A stretch of 64,000 nt of DNA. Origin: Nymphaea colorata. Taxonomy: Eukaryota. Of the stretch, positions 38,301 through 52,131 are shown piece after piece; position 1 is the first letter of the stretch, and each line of letters starts with the position of its first letter. The position numbers and the translations under genes were made by a program. The notes beneath the pieces were generated by a model, which saw only the letters and a list, made by a program, of their open reading frames with translations, did not search any database and was not told the origin of the DNA. Location: assembly GCF_008831285.2 (NCBI RefSeq), contig NC_045138.2, positions 40,486,001 to 40,550,000 on the forward strand, given 5' to 3'.

Positions 38301-41300
38301 GTGCTCACATCTTTTCTCATCAGTAACTATATTTCATTATGTGGCTGCTGAACGTGAAAACCCTACTTCTTCATTAACATTATTTTCTTATGTTGTTCTG
38401 AGTAAGTATGTTTATCATTTGCTTTTGCAAGAATGGCCTTGAACATGGATTAAACTTAACTTCATAATAAACATTATCTTCTCGCACTGTTTTTAGGAAG
38501 TGTGTTTATCAGTTGCTCATGGAAGAATGACCTTGAAAAGTTGTATTTCTTTCGGTATTGTTGTTTTGGTCTAGTTGATATGCCATCCTGAAGGGAGGTG
38601 ATGCATGGTGTGCATGTGTATGTGTAGCTGTCTTTGCATGTGTTCACACTTATGCATGTGTTTATCTGTTATATAAGATGAAGGTGTTGTTGGTTGAAAC
38701 CATTACTCCTATATTATGTTGTTGTTGCATATTAAACCTACAAACATGATCTGAGCAGATTCTTTAGTAGTAAATCATTTTTGAATCATGTCATTCTGGC
38801 ACATAAGCAGGATTATTCTAAGGGTTTCAAAAATAGTGGTTTACACTTACCAAAACTTGAGTTTCAATAAAACCATGTTTTTTACATCAAAAATCAATTC
38901 TGGCTGTGCCTCTTAGGGTGAGTGAGGACCTTTATGGTTCTTTTGCTGCTACTCCCACTAGTATTTATGAATTTTTTTCACTAGAACTTTCTAAACATGT
39001 CAATAATAAAAATGAAAAACGTAAAATAATTATATGTAAGATAAGGCAATTTCCTGGTGACGTGTCATATTTTTTGTGGATGCAGATGCTTGATACAATG
39101 CAAGTCTGATGTTAGGCTTTTAGCAGTAAGGCATTTTCCAAATGTTATAATGTGGGGTTGACACGCAATTCTGGAAATTCATAACTTAAAAGCTTGTATG
39201 TGAAATTCGGACTGTAATCAACTCTTGCATGTAAGAACAATGATCAGTAATCCTTAGTTGTACATCCAGAAGACATGTCAGCTGCATTAATCATCTTAAG
39301 TTTACTTTTATATAATGATGCCTCATATTTGTGGAACTTAGCTTTTGCTCTTATTACAAGAGTCTCACTGACACGATTTCCCTGGCAGACAATTCAAAAG
39401 GGAGAACTGCCTACTGAATTTTTTAAAGGCCTTTCAGTTGCAAATCTTAATGGCCGTGCTCAGATTGTGTATGACACTTCTGCAAATGAATCATCAGAAA
39501 GGAAAGAAAGAAACTCTGGTGATTTGATTTTTTTCCTGGATGGAGCACACAGCCCAGAGAGCATGGAAGTCTGTGCAAGATGGTTTTCCCACGTTGCAAA
39601 AGATGAAAGAAAATTTGGTGCAGATGGCATGAAGGAACAAGTTGGAAAGTCAAATGGACCTAACAAAAACTTAAAGAATGTGAGTTTCCTTCCTGCTCCG
39701 AGGAACGTACATAACTTGTTAGCTTTTCTTGTGTTATTGGACATATTTCCTTGACTGATGGTGTTATATGTTTCTATCTCCTAGATAGTCCAAACGCTTA
39801 ACACAACACACCACAATGTCATTGTAGGTTCTTTTGTTTAACTGTATGGAAGTCAGAGATCCTCAAGTCCTCCTTCCACGACTTGTCAACACTTGTGCTT
39901 CCAATGGTATGTGTTTATTTTTTCATTCTTTGTTTTGCATATGGTGGATTTCTGGAGACAAGTATACTGGTTTTCTGCTATCTTGAAGTTGAAGCAGATA
40001 CTTTTTCATTCTTCAATAAATTATGTCTTAAATGTGAAAATCATTGCTCTCTCTCTCTCTCTCATACACACATGTCTGTGTGAAACATTGCTATTGGTAA
40101 TCTGGTCACTTGAATGTTGAGTTCCACGGATTTACTTTTTCTTCTCATTACTTTCCTGGGTAGGAGTTCATTTCTCCAAGGCATTTTTTGTTCCAAGCTT
40201 GTCTCTATACAACAAGGTTGGGTCTTCTATGTCACCAGTATCTTCTAGTATGCCTACAGACCTGTCATGGCAATTCAATCTTCAGCGGATATGGGAGAAA
40301 CTTATTCATGGAAGAGGTAAAAATTTCTTCTGGTTTTTAACAGTATGAGTCCCCTTTTTACTTGGTTATGGTTGCCTCTGCTGTTTGAAGTTAAGTTATT
40401 CTTTAGTAATGTTCTTTTTATGCCCAAACAGATATCCAAGTAGAAGAAAATTCATATTTGCATTATGCAGAAAGATCTCCTTCCTATGACGTTCTCTTTG
40501 GTGATCCTCCTCAAAAGTGTGATTCAGACAGTAAAGCCACTGCTTCAGCAGTCATCCCCACATTGCCACTGACAATTAGATGGCTGAGGGAATGCATCAA
40601 GCAAAACCCATCCCTTAGAATTCAGGTTTGACCATTTAATGCAGAAACATCCCCTGCTATCCCCATTGTTTTGTAGTATTCTGATTCTAATTTCCTAGCA
40701 AAATTGATGCGTTGCACAAGCACGAAGAATTCCATTGCAAGATGATCATTTTGAAACTTCTGTAACATGCAAGCAAGATAATTTTTAGACAGACAAGTCA
40801 TAGTATTACCATTTATTGGATTCAGTGGCATGTGGAAATTCATCATGGCTCACCTTTTCCATTTTCTGTTCATGTGTGAACAAGAGATGGCCTCTTTTAG
40901 TTATCCAGTTTTCTAAACAAAAAAATTGATCAAGGACAATTACTGCATTTTGTTTTTCTTGTCCAAGCTGGTACTCTAGGGTACCTTGGGCTTAATTTTC
41001 TTGTGTGCCCTTTGTTGCATAAAGTTCTATGCAGAAAATTCATCCTGCTTGTCATGAAGGTGAAATTCTGAGTAGGTCAAATTAGGAATAGGTCTTTCAT
41101 CGGTCAAACTTTTACCGCCCATCCTCTGAGGCCGTGAATAAGTTACTATGATATGGAGCTTTTGGGCCATTGGTATTTTTGTTCCTACTGTGTAGCCATT
41201 GACAAATCCAACTCTACCTTTTCTTCACTATTCCAAATCAGTCCTTAAGGTTCATTTGTTAAACTTCTATTAATAAATGACATAAGAAACCTCAGAAAAA

Positions 41301-41814
41301 GAGAGTGGTGAGAGCTACATGGAATGAGATATGAGTTAAATTCAAGTAACTTAAGGATGGACTTTTGTTAAGAGTGCAAATGTCTAGGGGCAATCACAAT
41401 TAAGCAGGGCGGACTCTAGTGGATTCAAGTCACTGCTGAATTGATGGAAAATCCTAACAAAATAAGCCCATAAAAATTATCTAAAAGCAATCATGTGTAT
41501 CCTGAGCCATCAGCATCCGTGCAGGGATTTTTTTTTTTGCCACTAAGGCTAGGTTTGCTCCTATCTAATAGCAGTTGAAAGCTGTAAGAAAATCTCGGTT
41601 ATTCTTTTTGCTTTCATGCTTGTTAGAGAGATGGAGTAACCCAAAAAGTGAAAGTTTAAAGTCTTAATATTTTTAATAGCTCAAAATAAAAAAGTATGAC
41701 CTTTTAGTATCAAGTTTGATGTTGAGGAATTCATTTTCGTTTTTTTGGTCTCAGGTTCTAGTGACAGGGTCACTGCATCTTGTTGGGGATGTTTTGAAGC
41801 TACTTAGAAGGTGA
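27259..41814 (+). CDS. FPGS: Folylpolyglutamate synthase (FPGS2/DFC-like), 15 coding exons, ~562 aa
   Basis: GT-AG exons: 27259-27450, 29624-29689, 31161-31270, 32771-32831, 33641-33724, 35623-35679, 35879-35939, 36605-36651, 36752-36829, 38130-38285, 39389-39679, 39828-39906, 40164-40316, 40432-40625, 41755-41814. Phases are consistent (1689 nt). Motifs: [12 protein letters not shown] (P-loop), [87 protein letters not shown]. Confidence 0.95.
28138..28243 (+). repeat. ~53-bp tandem duplication in an FPGS intron
   Basis: tttccatattgtaaacatttctaaaataatctgtttgaaattaaat(c/t)gagtga occurs twice. Confidence 0.85.
29160..29540 (+). repeat. ~125-135-bp intronic tandem repeat, 3 copies
   Basis: The unit ...gtagtgtctgca..cttctgtacttttgtgtgttttcctaactgtatacaag..ttgatgccatcaaag.. 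repeats three times just upstream of FPGS coding exon 2. Confidence 0.85.
29957..30115. mobile_element. MITE-like element (GAGCCAGG...CCTTGGCTTCGCCCCTG family)
   Basis: GC-rich inverted ends surround an AT-rich core. The left end is degraded, and a related remnant lies at ~21755-21946. Confidence 0.5.
34575..35014 (+). mobile_element. Non-autonomous intronic repeat (Helitron-like end GAGTCCATGTGACATAG) with an internal (TA)n
   Basis: GC-rich GGTGC/GCACC motifs flank a (TA)~30 tract at 34711-34771. The 3' end resembles the widespread plant ...GAGTCCGxGCAACATAG element terminus. The superfamily assignment is an inference. Confidence 0.45.
35347..35455. repeat. Compound (CT)n/(CA)n microsatellite
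   Basis: Seen directly in an FPGS intron. Confidence 0.9.
37019..37298 (+). repeat. ~111-bp intronic tandem repeat, ~2.5 copies
   Basis: cattt(t/c)accaaggaaattttaattatatttgaagaaagc..ggcaaataacatgacatggtcctcatttctgctcatc..gtcctaaccatccatgaaaagtggtgacacatg is repeated. Confidence 0.88.
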
Positions 41815-44800
41815 CAATCTGCTCAACTTTTTTTGTTTTTGGCATGTTGCCTGTAACTGTAATGCAAAAGTTTGTTTCATATTCATTCAAATTTGTTACT
41901 TCATGCAATGTCAAATTCCTGATCTTCCTGAAGACCCAAATTACGTTTTGAGATGTATGTTTGGCTAAAGCAGTAATTTTATAGGAAGGTCAACTATGGT
42001 GAATGATTGGTATTTAAGTCAGAATTAATAATATCCAGTGTATCCTTGCTGTTCCAGAAGGAACCCTCTCAAGGAAAAGTTGAGGCCTCCTGTTTATGTA
42101 TCACATTTTTGTCATCTCATTAAAGGAAGTGTACTTTTTTGTTGGTATGAAAATGTTGTATACACAAATCTAATGGGGAAATGGAACTTTATTCTTCTGT
42201 TTCAAATGTATGGGTGGGCATTATAGTCGCCTGATTTTTTCTTCAAGGACGTCCATTTTCGTTTTGGTACATTTTCCAAAGTTCTCCCTGTTTTCTGCAT
42301 GTTCTGCATGCATCTGTATATGTATGTCTAAGATTACTTCCTCCAGGGAAAGGGATGACGGTTATATCACCAGCAATTCCAGAAAAAGCTTCGGTAAACC
42401 TTTAATCTAGCACCTTATTTGAAAGCCTATATGCATATATCCACGAATTTTATAATCTGATAAGCTTCATTGAAATCTACGAGTAGCGCTGATTACATAT
42501 TATCTGCTTCAGTGTCCAGGCGGATAGCGTAGGCATGTTGGCTTATATAACAACCCATGTGACATTCCCTTGGATACAACTTGCCCAAGGGAAATCTTTT
42601 CCAACCACAAGGATGAACCTTTGAACCCTTGCTCGAGTTTCAACATGCAAGAATAGCTCTATACTAACAGTCATGAATTCACGATAGGACGATGTAATAA
42701 AGAAAGGAAAGAAAACAAGGCCTTGTCCGCATGAATAATTATTGAAATGCTTGTTGTGTAAATTCATGAAACGAAGACAGAAGAAAGTTCGTTGTGCAGA
42801 TATGAAAGGCTACAGTTGAATGCTTTCTGAAGGTAAGTTTTTTGGCATGTGCCTTTACTTTTGAATTTCTTTTTCGTTGGCAAATCATCCTAAAGTGCTT
42901 AAATTTATTTTTAAAATTTGTAATGTCAGAAGATAGAGCGATACATGCTGAAGTCTATGATGTTTATTTTATGCCCATATTCGATGCTTGTAAAAAATTG
43001 GTTCATATTAAAAAATCTAAAAACTAATTGCTCTTAAAAAATTATAGACAGAAAATTATGAAAAAGATAAAGAAAATTCAGGCCCCAAAAAATATGAAAT
43101 CTCGATACTCTTATCATAATATCTATGAACTTTGGCAATCTAAACAGATAGAAAATCGATTTCCGTTTGGATCCAGTACATCACGAAACCGGTCCTCAAG
43201 ATCATATCTTAAGCAAATGCATCCGACACTATGTTAAGTCAGCTCGTCGAAAAGAGAACTAAGAGCCGTTAAGTTCTTTATTTTGCAGCTCCAGACGTAT
43301 TCTTTAAAAAAATATGTGGAAAAAAATCCACACCATGGTATGTTTGACACTCTATTAAATTGTAAAATCTAGTCCAAATGTGTATGCAAGTGTCCGAACA
43401 TGACCGGGCATATGAACAGGATCTGCATATTTATTTTCCATTTACTTTTTGACAGTTATACTTGATATGATGAGTATATGGACTGATTAAGAGCTATTAA
43501 TTCAAGTTATTCATAATTCATAAGATCCCACATTGAAAGCTATATACTGTTCAATGATAGTGAATGATAACTAATTACTTTGCCTTTAATAAAGTAATTT
43601 TACGTACGGCGCCTTAAGAATCATCAATGAACATGATTCAATGGTTCACATGGTTCTCATCTTCACCGGCCCAGTATGAGTAGTTGGTACTAACAGAGCA
43701 ATTCCATTTTCCTCTTTTATGCCAAATTTCCAAACCCAAATCTATTGAGGTAAATTATAAGTTGCCTAACTGGGTTTTGCCAACCTTGGCAGTCTGAGTC
43801 CCAGATGGCTCGAACCCACTTTAATTTGTTCAAAGGCGGCCAAACCATTCTGCTCTTTAGCCATATTTTCATTCATTTGCTACAAGAAAAAACCATAAAC
43901 ACAGGATCAAAACCTGACCGCCCTGGTCTTTTCCCATCATACAGGACTCGACACGTGCGCGTCCCACATCAGCCCATTCAATCTTCAACAACCATGGAGT
44001 ATTCCATAGACTCATGAAATTTTCAGGTTTAGCCAATTCTGGTCACTATGTTGATACTGACCAATGGTTTGGAATGCATAAAATGCCTTAGAGTTCACAT
44101 AAAGAAACCATGGTCCACTTAAGAAAAACAAAAACTGCTTGGGAAATCCTGAGCATTTTCCATGATTGGAGGCAACAAGAGTTTTCCTTGTCTGATTGGA
44201 GGCATCAATGATGCACAACACTTGGGTTGTTCTACATTCATAAGGACTGTGTCTGCTTGAGGGGTCCATAATTATTTCTAGTGAAGTAAGCCTAAAGCCC
44301 GAAACCGCGATTTTCGCAGTGGGATGAGTCTTGGCTGTCATGCCACCAAACATGGTTCAATTTTTATTGGTCCAATTAACTGATCACTGTCCACTTTACT
44401 TACTGTTTTTAATATGGTTTAAGCGCCGAACTTTACGAAAACAACACCATGGAAAGGTCAAGCAATGGAACAGTGAGATGGGAACAGGATTTCTTAACTT
44501 GTTTGGAAGAAAATAAATCCAAATGAAGTGGCTAAATGTGAGAGGAACCTAATTTGAACTGCCCACAATCTATAGTGGAATATTCATGGCTGTTCTGTAC
44601 ATTAAAAAGTGATTAGGTTTCATGGAGAATGTGCTTTTCCTTTCCTTTTTACCTCAATAATGGAGGACAAAGCAAGAGGAAATCCGAGTGCTCTGCCATG
44701 AAGACAAGGACGGGAAGATGTCCGGAATCTTCGTTGTTTAATCGTCTGATCAACGGATTCTTTAACGCGGAAACAGGTAGCCATTGCCAAAAGACTAGAG

Positions 44801-47131
44801 AAAATTATAAAAGGACGCTTAATGTCTGGACAAATAACAAGTTACACCGCAACTTTTAAAAGTTATAGTCACTAAACTTTTGAGAGAAATTAATTTTCAA
44901 AAAGCTACCTACTAACAGAAAACATTAATTTTTCACGTAAACAACAAAAGTACTCCTCCTAAAACCTATTTTTTAATTTCTATACTACCCAAACATTAGC
45001 ATTTCTTGTGCAATTTTTTGAAAATATTCTTAGGAACTCTTAAGAGACAATTGAGAACGAAATATATTTGGCATCGATGTTACTGGCCTAAAACAATATC
45101 CTGCTATCCCGACCACGCAGGGGAAAAAAAAAAAAAAACCATATCATGTGTAAAACTTAGTTCTAAAAATGTAAATTGATGTATACTTGCCTGCAGATTC
45201 GATATCGAATATCCATTAGCCAGATGTATAAAGAATGTTGGACCTGACTATTATTTGGATTTGGTATCCTGTTTCATAATGGAATTTCAGTTATCAGCCT
45301 AATATCCAACTGGGTTTAATAAACTTTAGATCTGATCCTAGGATCCTAATTCAATTATATAGAATTCAATTAAGTCGACTTCAGCAAAAGATGGATGTGG
45401 CCCGAATCCGGACCATTTAGGTTAGTGCTTGGGTTCAAGAAGATATTCATCGACAATTATGGTTCTTGGCTTTTGTTTGGTATGAAAGAAAACCGGCTAG
45501 CATTGATTCTTCATTAACATCACACTTCTTTTAGTATATGAATGCAAATAATATTTAGAATGCGAATGTTGCCGACATTGAGTGAGGTAGGTTTTCTGAT
45601 ATTCATGAGATTAAACACCATCATGTTATTCAAAAGCAAATAATGAATGTACCGCTATTGAATGCGTACAAGCTTTTGAAAATGAACTAAAATGAGAGAT
45701 CTTCTAGTCAGGAAAATTGGGTAGTTGGATGAATCTATTCCCTTGGCATTTCATCATGATGGAAGGAGAAAGCTTTTGTTTTTAATTGGCAAAAGCTCCT
45801 TTGTTAGACCACTAAACTTTGAACAAAGCCTTGTTTTAAGAGTAGAAAAGGCAAGGCTTGAAGATCGGCATTCTTTTGTGCTTAAGTTGTTCCTAATCAA
45901 GGTAGAATTTAAAAATTGCTTATTCCTTCCTTCTCTGAACGCATATTCTTTTCCCTTCATAGCAGAGAGGTTGTGATGTGGTGCCGGTGTGGCTTAATTA
46001 GAAAAATGGAGTGATATGAGACCAAATTTGTTTATATCGGCCGATATATTGATTAATATTGACATTTATAGCGATATTTTTAAGATAAAACATTAAAGTA
46101 CTGGCTGCCCAATACATAGTGAATTCAGTAAGCTTAGAAAATATGTGAAGTTATTAAAATCAAATTTATAAGTAATTTGTAAAAGACCTATGTTGTTTGC
46201 AACTGACCTGTTATATTTTGTGCGGTGCCAGGTCGGTTCTGTTTCTTCACCTAAGAAAAAGAAAAAGCAAAAGTCGGCGTGCGGGACCAAACGCACTCTC
46301 CCTTCCAAGGCAAATTTCAAAGTAGCCGTTGCACCTCGCATGGTGAATTTACCAAATTACCCCTTCACATTAAACAAGTCCAGGGATCCACACTACACCA
46401 CAGTATTCTTTAGTCGCTGGTTCGATTCTTGTGGGTGTCAACCACCTTCAATTTTTAATTCTTGTCTCCCAAAAACAGAAAAAAAAATGTACATCCCTCT
46501 TTTAATTGTAAACATAAAGGCTTTAACCATGGGACAAGAGCCAGGTTGGTTGATAGGAAGATTTTTTGTTTTTTTTTTTTAAGTAAAATTTCTAAAATTG
46601 GACCCTCTTAGTGACTTATTTTATGTTTTTACAACGTAGGCTACTTCACGAGTTAAGAATGGATGAAATTCACTTGCTGTGAGTAGAAACCGGCTGATTG
46701 TGGCTTGATCCAATCTCAGTGTATAAGATCTGGACACTAAACTTGGTTATAGATATAGGACCCGACCCGGATCTGTTGTTTGGCCTAGACTGGAATTTTC
46801 TAAGTAAGCTCTATTCATGTAAACATATTAAATCACCTTGGTATAAAAAAATACCAGAAAGGGAGGGAGAACTACTGCCGTCATTTGGGAAGAGAGCAAG
46901 GTCTTCTTTGTAAATCCTCTCTGGTTTGGTCGGTTCTTCCCACCTTTTCAAACACGCTCCTCCTTTTTAAAGTAGTCTTCCTTCTCTAACGGCCTTCCCG
47001 TTCTGTCTCTCTGTCTTTCTCTCTCTGTCCCTCCCTTCCTCCCTCCTCAAGAATCAATCTGTGGCTAAAACGGGTTAATTGTTCTTCCCCTTCCTCCATT
47101 TTCACCGGCTTTCAAGCTTCAGGAAAAAAGG

Positions 47132-48418
47132 ATGAGGTGCTTTGCAAATGCTTCTCTTTCAACAAGCCCCAGCAGGAGAAGTCTCTTAGAAGAAGAAGCT
47201 GATGTTTCTTCTTCTGATGACAGCGTCCTGTCACATCTATTCATTTCCGAGACAGATTCCGAGTATATATCGAGTCCTTCATCAAATGCTTCCTTCAATG
47301 CCGGTCCAACATTGAATTGCGGCCGCGGGAATTCATTAGCTGTACTTTCCGGCCATGTGGGATCAGTTTCTTGCCTGGCTCTCTGCGGCGAATTCGTGCT
47401 CAGCGCATCTCAAGGCACGGATATCCGAGTTTGGCAGCAGCCGGACCTTCGGCAGTTTGCAAAGTTCGGCCATGGAGATGGCTCGGTTAAGGCGCTGGTT
47501 GCAGCGGGGAACAGGGTCTTCACTGCCCATCAGGACTCGAGGATCAGAGTCTGGAAAGTGAGCAGAAGCTCCGAGAATGCCTTCCGATTGATCGCCACCA
47601 TGCCAACAACCAGAGACTATCTCGGCAAGTTCATGAAGCAGAGCAATTATGTGCAAACTAGGCGGCACCACCGGCGTCTATGGATCGAGCACGCGGACAG
47701 CATCTCCTGCTTGGCTGTCTCGAATGGCTTCATATACTCCGGCTCATGGGACAAGACCCTCAAGATCTGGAGAATTTCAGATCTCAAATGCCTCGAATCC
47801 ATTGTTGCGCACGACGACGCAATCAACGCAGTTGTAGCTCACAGAGGACTAGTGTACTCTGCATCAGCCGATGGCAAGGTGAAGGTGTGGAACAAGAACA
47901 ATGCTTCTTCTTTTAGCTGGAAACATTGCCTGTGGAGTCTACTAGAGGGACACAAGGATGTGTCTCTGAACTCAATAGTTGTATGTGAGGATGGGAGATT
48001 GGTATATGGGGGGGAGTCAGATGGGTATGTCATGGGGTGGGAAGGGGATGCTGAGTGTCAGAAATGGAAGTTGGTATGTGAAGTTAGAGCACATGCCATG
48101 GCTGTGCTGTGTTTGTGTTCAGTGGGGGAGTTTCTCTGCAGCGGTTCTGCTGATAAGAGCATCAGAGTTTGGAAGAGAGAGATTGGTGGTGGGCTTTCCA
48201 ATTTGAGGGTTATATGTGGGCATGAGGGGCCAGTTAAGTGCCTGCAAGCTTCTTCACCCAGTGTTGGAGGAGGATTCATTCTGTACAGTGGGAGTCTTGA
48301 TAAAAGTCTGAGGGTTTGGTGGGTTCCTAAGGATTGTGATGCAGAGAATGAGAATGATCCTTATACTATATACAAGAAAGATCAGAAAGAGAGGCATGTT
48401 ATTGCTGTGCCTGTATAA
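47132..48418 (+). CDS. JGB: Intronless WD40-repeat protein, JINGUBANG-like family, 428 aa
   Basis: About 7 WD40 repeats (GHVGSVSCL, FTAHQDSRIRVWK, YSGSWDKTLKIWR, AHDDAINAVV, SASADGKVKVW, CSGSADKSIRVW, GHEGPVKCL, YSGSLDKSLRVW) plus the family signature NYVQTRRHHRRLWIEHADSISCL. The family call is secure, but exact orthology to Arabidopsis JGB is not established. Confidence 0.92.
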   Translation: MRCFANASLSTSPSRRSLLEEEADVSSSDDSVLSHLFISETDSEYISSPSSNASFNAGPTLNCGRGNSLAVLSGHVGSVSCLALCGEFVLSASQGTDIRVWQQPDLRQFAKFGHGDGSVKALVAAGNRVFTAHQDSRIRVWKVSRSSENAFRLIATMPTTRDYLGKFMKQSNYVQTRRHHRRLWIEHADSISCLAVSNGFIYSGSWDKTLKIWRISDLKCLESIVAHDDAINAVVAHRGLVYSASADGKVKVWNKNNASSFSWKHCLWSLLEGHKDVSLNSIVVCEDGRLVYGGESDGYVMGWEGDAECQKWKLVCEVRAHAMAVLCLCSVGEFLCSGSADKSIRVWKREIGGGLSNLRVICGHEGPVKCLQASSPSVGGGFILYSGSLDKSLRVWWVPKDCDAENENDPYTIYKKDQKERHVIAVPV

Positions 48419-49695
48419 ATTTTTCATTACTGGAGCTGCGGATTTTTTTTTTTTTTTTTTTTTTTTGGTTTTTGGCTTTCAGGGGATAGTAAAAAAGATT
48501 GATACCGTGAGCTTTGATTGCTGCCCATAGCGGAAAAATAGGCAAATGACGCTTTTTTTTTTGTCATGTTTGAATGTGTGTAAAAACAGGGGTTTGTTTT
48601 AAGATTGACATACTAGAAGCATTGTGATTTTTTTTTTTTTGGGGTATCAATAACATTCCAGTTTGGTTTGTGGATTCTTTTAAATTCATGACTTCAATGT
48701 GGAGAAAGTTTTGATATGTATAGCACTACTTTTTTTGAATAAATTGTACTTGGTCAAATTTCCTCAAAACTGCAGGCGTTTCTTTTTCTTTAGATTGTTC
48801 TTGCTCCTTCATCAACCAATCCTTATCAACTATTACTCTCAGAAAAAGCTCAGCCAACGCAATGATCAGATTGAACTTGATTTTGCATCTTTATACAAGT
48901 CGCAGTCAATTTTGGAGAGAGGACCTAATCATGAAGTTGAAGTGAAACGCACACAAGGGAGGAAGGAAAGCAGTTGCTTGCTGGGTTGGTTTGGTTGCCA
49001 CTTGCCATGTCAAAGAATCAACCATGGTTTTTCTCTCTCACCTCCGGCGTACCTTTTTAAGTTGGCATCTTCCGGATAAAGTCTGCGTGGGGTTTAAGCC
49101 CTCGTCCTTTGTTAGTCACTAATGAAGATATATACAACAAAAAATACGCTCTGATGGAGCTCTAACTTTCAATTACAGGCTCACAGAAAGAACTTCAAGA
49201 GACTCAACCTGAACGCATCTCGTGCGATTCCTTTTCCACTCCTCTTGAGCCAGTTTTCAATTTTCTGCAAATTCAAGCAGTTACAGCCACAATTGAGAAC
49301 GTGTTCCTTCTATCTGTTCCAAAGCATGTCTTCTAGACGACGGTCACCGTTCCTCCCATTGTGTTTCATTTCGTTTCATGTCTTACATATAAACGAAACG
49401 ACCACATGAAATGCGTCTTTCCAACACTTGTCCAGCACCTTATCCGAGCAACGTTGGTGATGCCACCACCTAAACCTTTGAGTGAGGTCAGTGGGAAGAT
49501 TATTGCTCCTGCCAAATTTGTAAAGAGAAAGAGACTTTAATTGAAAAGTTGCAGCGTTTCAGCCATGTAAAACATTTCTTTCAACCCTGAATGAAAAAAA
49601 TCGCATCATCTGATCGTCGGCATAGAAAGTAGAGGAGAGAAGGGGGTGAAGACTACCAACTGATGGGACCTTGATGTGCTTCGTCTAAATGCAGG

Positions 49696-50128
49696 CGGGT
49701 CGCCTTGTCTGATTCCCCTACGAGGAGAGAACCATGCACCCGGCGGACGTCACTGAGGCAACCGTGGCCATAATTTTCCTGACCATTCCACGGAAAACCC
49801 CAAATGAAGAAGGGCCTGCTCCAAGAATCGCCGGTCCACCCTGTCCTAAGCCTTGCTAAGATCAATTTTGATACAAGCAGTCTTAGCCTTGCTGGGGCTG
49901 AACTGGTGAATGATCTCCAGGCTAAGTAAGAAACTATCCTGAATCAGGAACTGCGCAGTCAATTTCCGCGTCTGAAATGGGGCTCAGGAAGCAGTTGTTC
50001 TCCTCAGCCGAAACTATAGGTCCCCCGGCACTGGTGGCAGAGAGCTCTCCAGTCGACCGGACGTCACAGAGGAGCTCAGTGAAATATTTCGTGCATGCTC
50101 CAAAAATAACAGACGGATCATAGAGCAC
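49696..50128 (-). mobile_element. L1-clade LINE ORF2 (reverse transcriptase) fragment, degenerate
   Basis: The minus strand reads KYFTELL...GPIVSAEENNCFLSPISDAEIDCAV, then IQDSFLLSLEIIHQF..ACIKIDLSKA*DRVDRRFLEQALLHLGFSVEW and WFSPRRGIRQGDP. These match the plant L1 RT motifs KxDxxKAYDRV and RGxRQGDP, with internal deletions and stops. Confidence 0.88.
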
Positions 50129-51716
50129 CGCTCCACCGTCCTGAATACAGTGATTCTTCTTCCTCCTCCTCCTCCCTTAAGCCGCCGCGTGAAAGAACTT
50201 GGTGTTTCTAAGCCACTGAAAATGGTTTTTGAATTCAACAAATTGAACAAAGGATTAGAAGATCGGTTGATAGAATGGGAACAGGATTCATGCGTGCATG
50301 TTATCAAGCTAAAATCAGATTTCGGTCAAAATTACAGGCGACTCGAATCAACTAATGAAGACAAACTTTAATCGAAAATTAAAGGCCCAACATATTCTTT
50401 AAGGATGTGTTTGGTAGCCTTAAATCTCATGTCCGTGACTGGTATGGAATTCCTTTTACATGGGATCCACAGAGGATTTGGGATCTTCAGTATATGGCCA
50501 AAACGTCATATTAATTTAAGGTTGGATGGGGAGGGTTTCTGACCTATAAATGCTCGGATTGAGATTCCTAGAGACCTCAAATCACCTCGGAACTCAAGAG
50601 AAAACTGATTATTACAGTTGGAAAAGTGGCCATGTTCACCATTTAAATGCACGACTACGACGAAAATCCACTAGATTATCGTCACTCTCAATGTTGGAAA
50701 TCAAGCTATGACAATCCCTTGATTAACTCTTTTCTCTTTCTTGATTCTTTGTTGATAATCACCAATTTCACCAGTTTATAAAAAATAAAAAGTTGAAAAC
50801 AAATTACTTAAACCGACCACACTTATCACGTAGGAAGCGTTTCCGGACTGGGTAACAAATCACAGAAGCAAGTGGGTTTTTCCTATTTCTTTCGATTTTT
50901 GTTTTGCTTTTTCTGTTCTACACTAGTAAAAAAACCGCCGGTTGCCGGCCGCTGCCATTCTCAACCACTCTATCTCTCCACACCAGGGGTGTCATTGGAT
51001 TCTTTTTTCGCTCACCAGCACTGTCATTGGTGGTTTCTAGTTTTTCCTTTCCCATGAATGTTTGATGAGAAATCAATGGCAAGCATGACATGTGACAGTA
51101 GTTCCCGTTCACATGCTTCTTCTTTATCATCCTGATTTTCTTAGTTTCCATAAGGCCATGACAGCTGAAAATATGTGAGTATCTGATCAATCAAATCCTC
51201 AAAGTCACAGCTACCAGCAAATTCCAACTCTTTATGTCTGGATTCACCTTGTTTTGGAACCACCAAAAAAATGAGATATGACGGACAAAACAAATCCACA
51301 TGATTCAAAAGCAGCAAGATTCAATAGTCTAATCTGGTGCCCATTTTTTAGCTCAAAAAGTCGCATGAGTTGCATGAAAAGACAACCACTGGTGGAGCCA
51401 CATCTGAGCGAGGATATAAAATAAGCCCATGCACTTTCCAGAACTCACAATGTGGTTTCAATCTAAAAAAGCCCTTATAAATGGGTTCAACATGGTTGAT
51501 TTTAATAGAAAATCTACCGGAAATGATCTTTATACATGACCAACTAAAATCGTAGATAATTTGATTTGTATGTATAATAGGCACACATGCCAGACGCTAG
51601 TGTGATGGGCTCTACTAATTCTGGCATGAGTGGTTAAGTAGTCTCTGCTGCTTAGTGATGGAAAAGTTAAGACCTGATCTGGGTCCAGAGTTTATTAATA
51701 TGACTTTATAATCAGA

Positions 51717-52131
51717 TAGGGCTGTACAACGAGTCCAGCTATGAGTTATTATGACTCGAACTCATTTGTTTAAGCTCAAGTCGAGCTTGACTCATTTGTA
51801 AATGAATCAAGCTCGAGTTTAATTGAAAACTCTAGCTTATATGCGAGTCGAGTTATTAAAGATACATGAAGTCAACTCGAGAAACTCGAGTAAGCTCGTT
51901 TAATCTAGGTTATCTTTTTTTTTCGTAATTTTTAATTTTAAAACTAAAAAAAATGATAAAGACAAATGGGTAGTTAGTAAAACAAGTCAGGCTCGAACTG
52001 GGACTCAGTCTATCTAGTCGAGCTCCTACTAATCTTATACAGCTCGACTTGAGCTCAAGCTGAGCAAGATACAAGTCGAGTCAAATTGAGCTGACCGAGT
52101 TCGAGCTTGACTTGGCTCGTGTCCAGTCATT
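51717..52131. mobile_element. Non-autonomous hAT-like element rich in (C)TCGAG / GAGTCGAG motifs
   Basis: Starts TAGGGCTGTACAACGAG and ends ctcgtgtccagtcatt (degenerate TIR). Near-perfect 8-bp TSD: taatcaga (51709-51716) / aaatcaga (52132-52139). Confidence 0.7.

Noticed and set aside
47355..48279. Alternative-frame and antisense ORFs within the WD40 gene
   Set aside because: They are shadows of a GC-balanced coding exon.
49355..49415. Small hairpin (tttcgtttcatgt...acatataaacgaaa) as a miRNA precursor
   Set aside because: The stem is short and AT-rich, and I recognise no conserved plant miRNA sequence.
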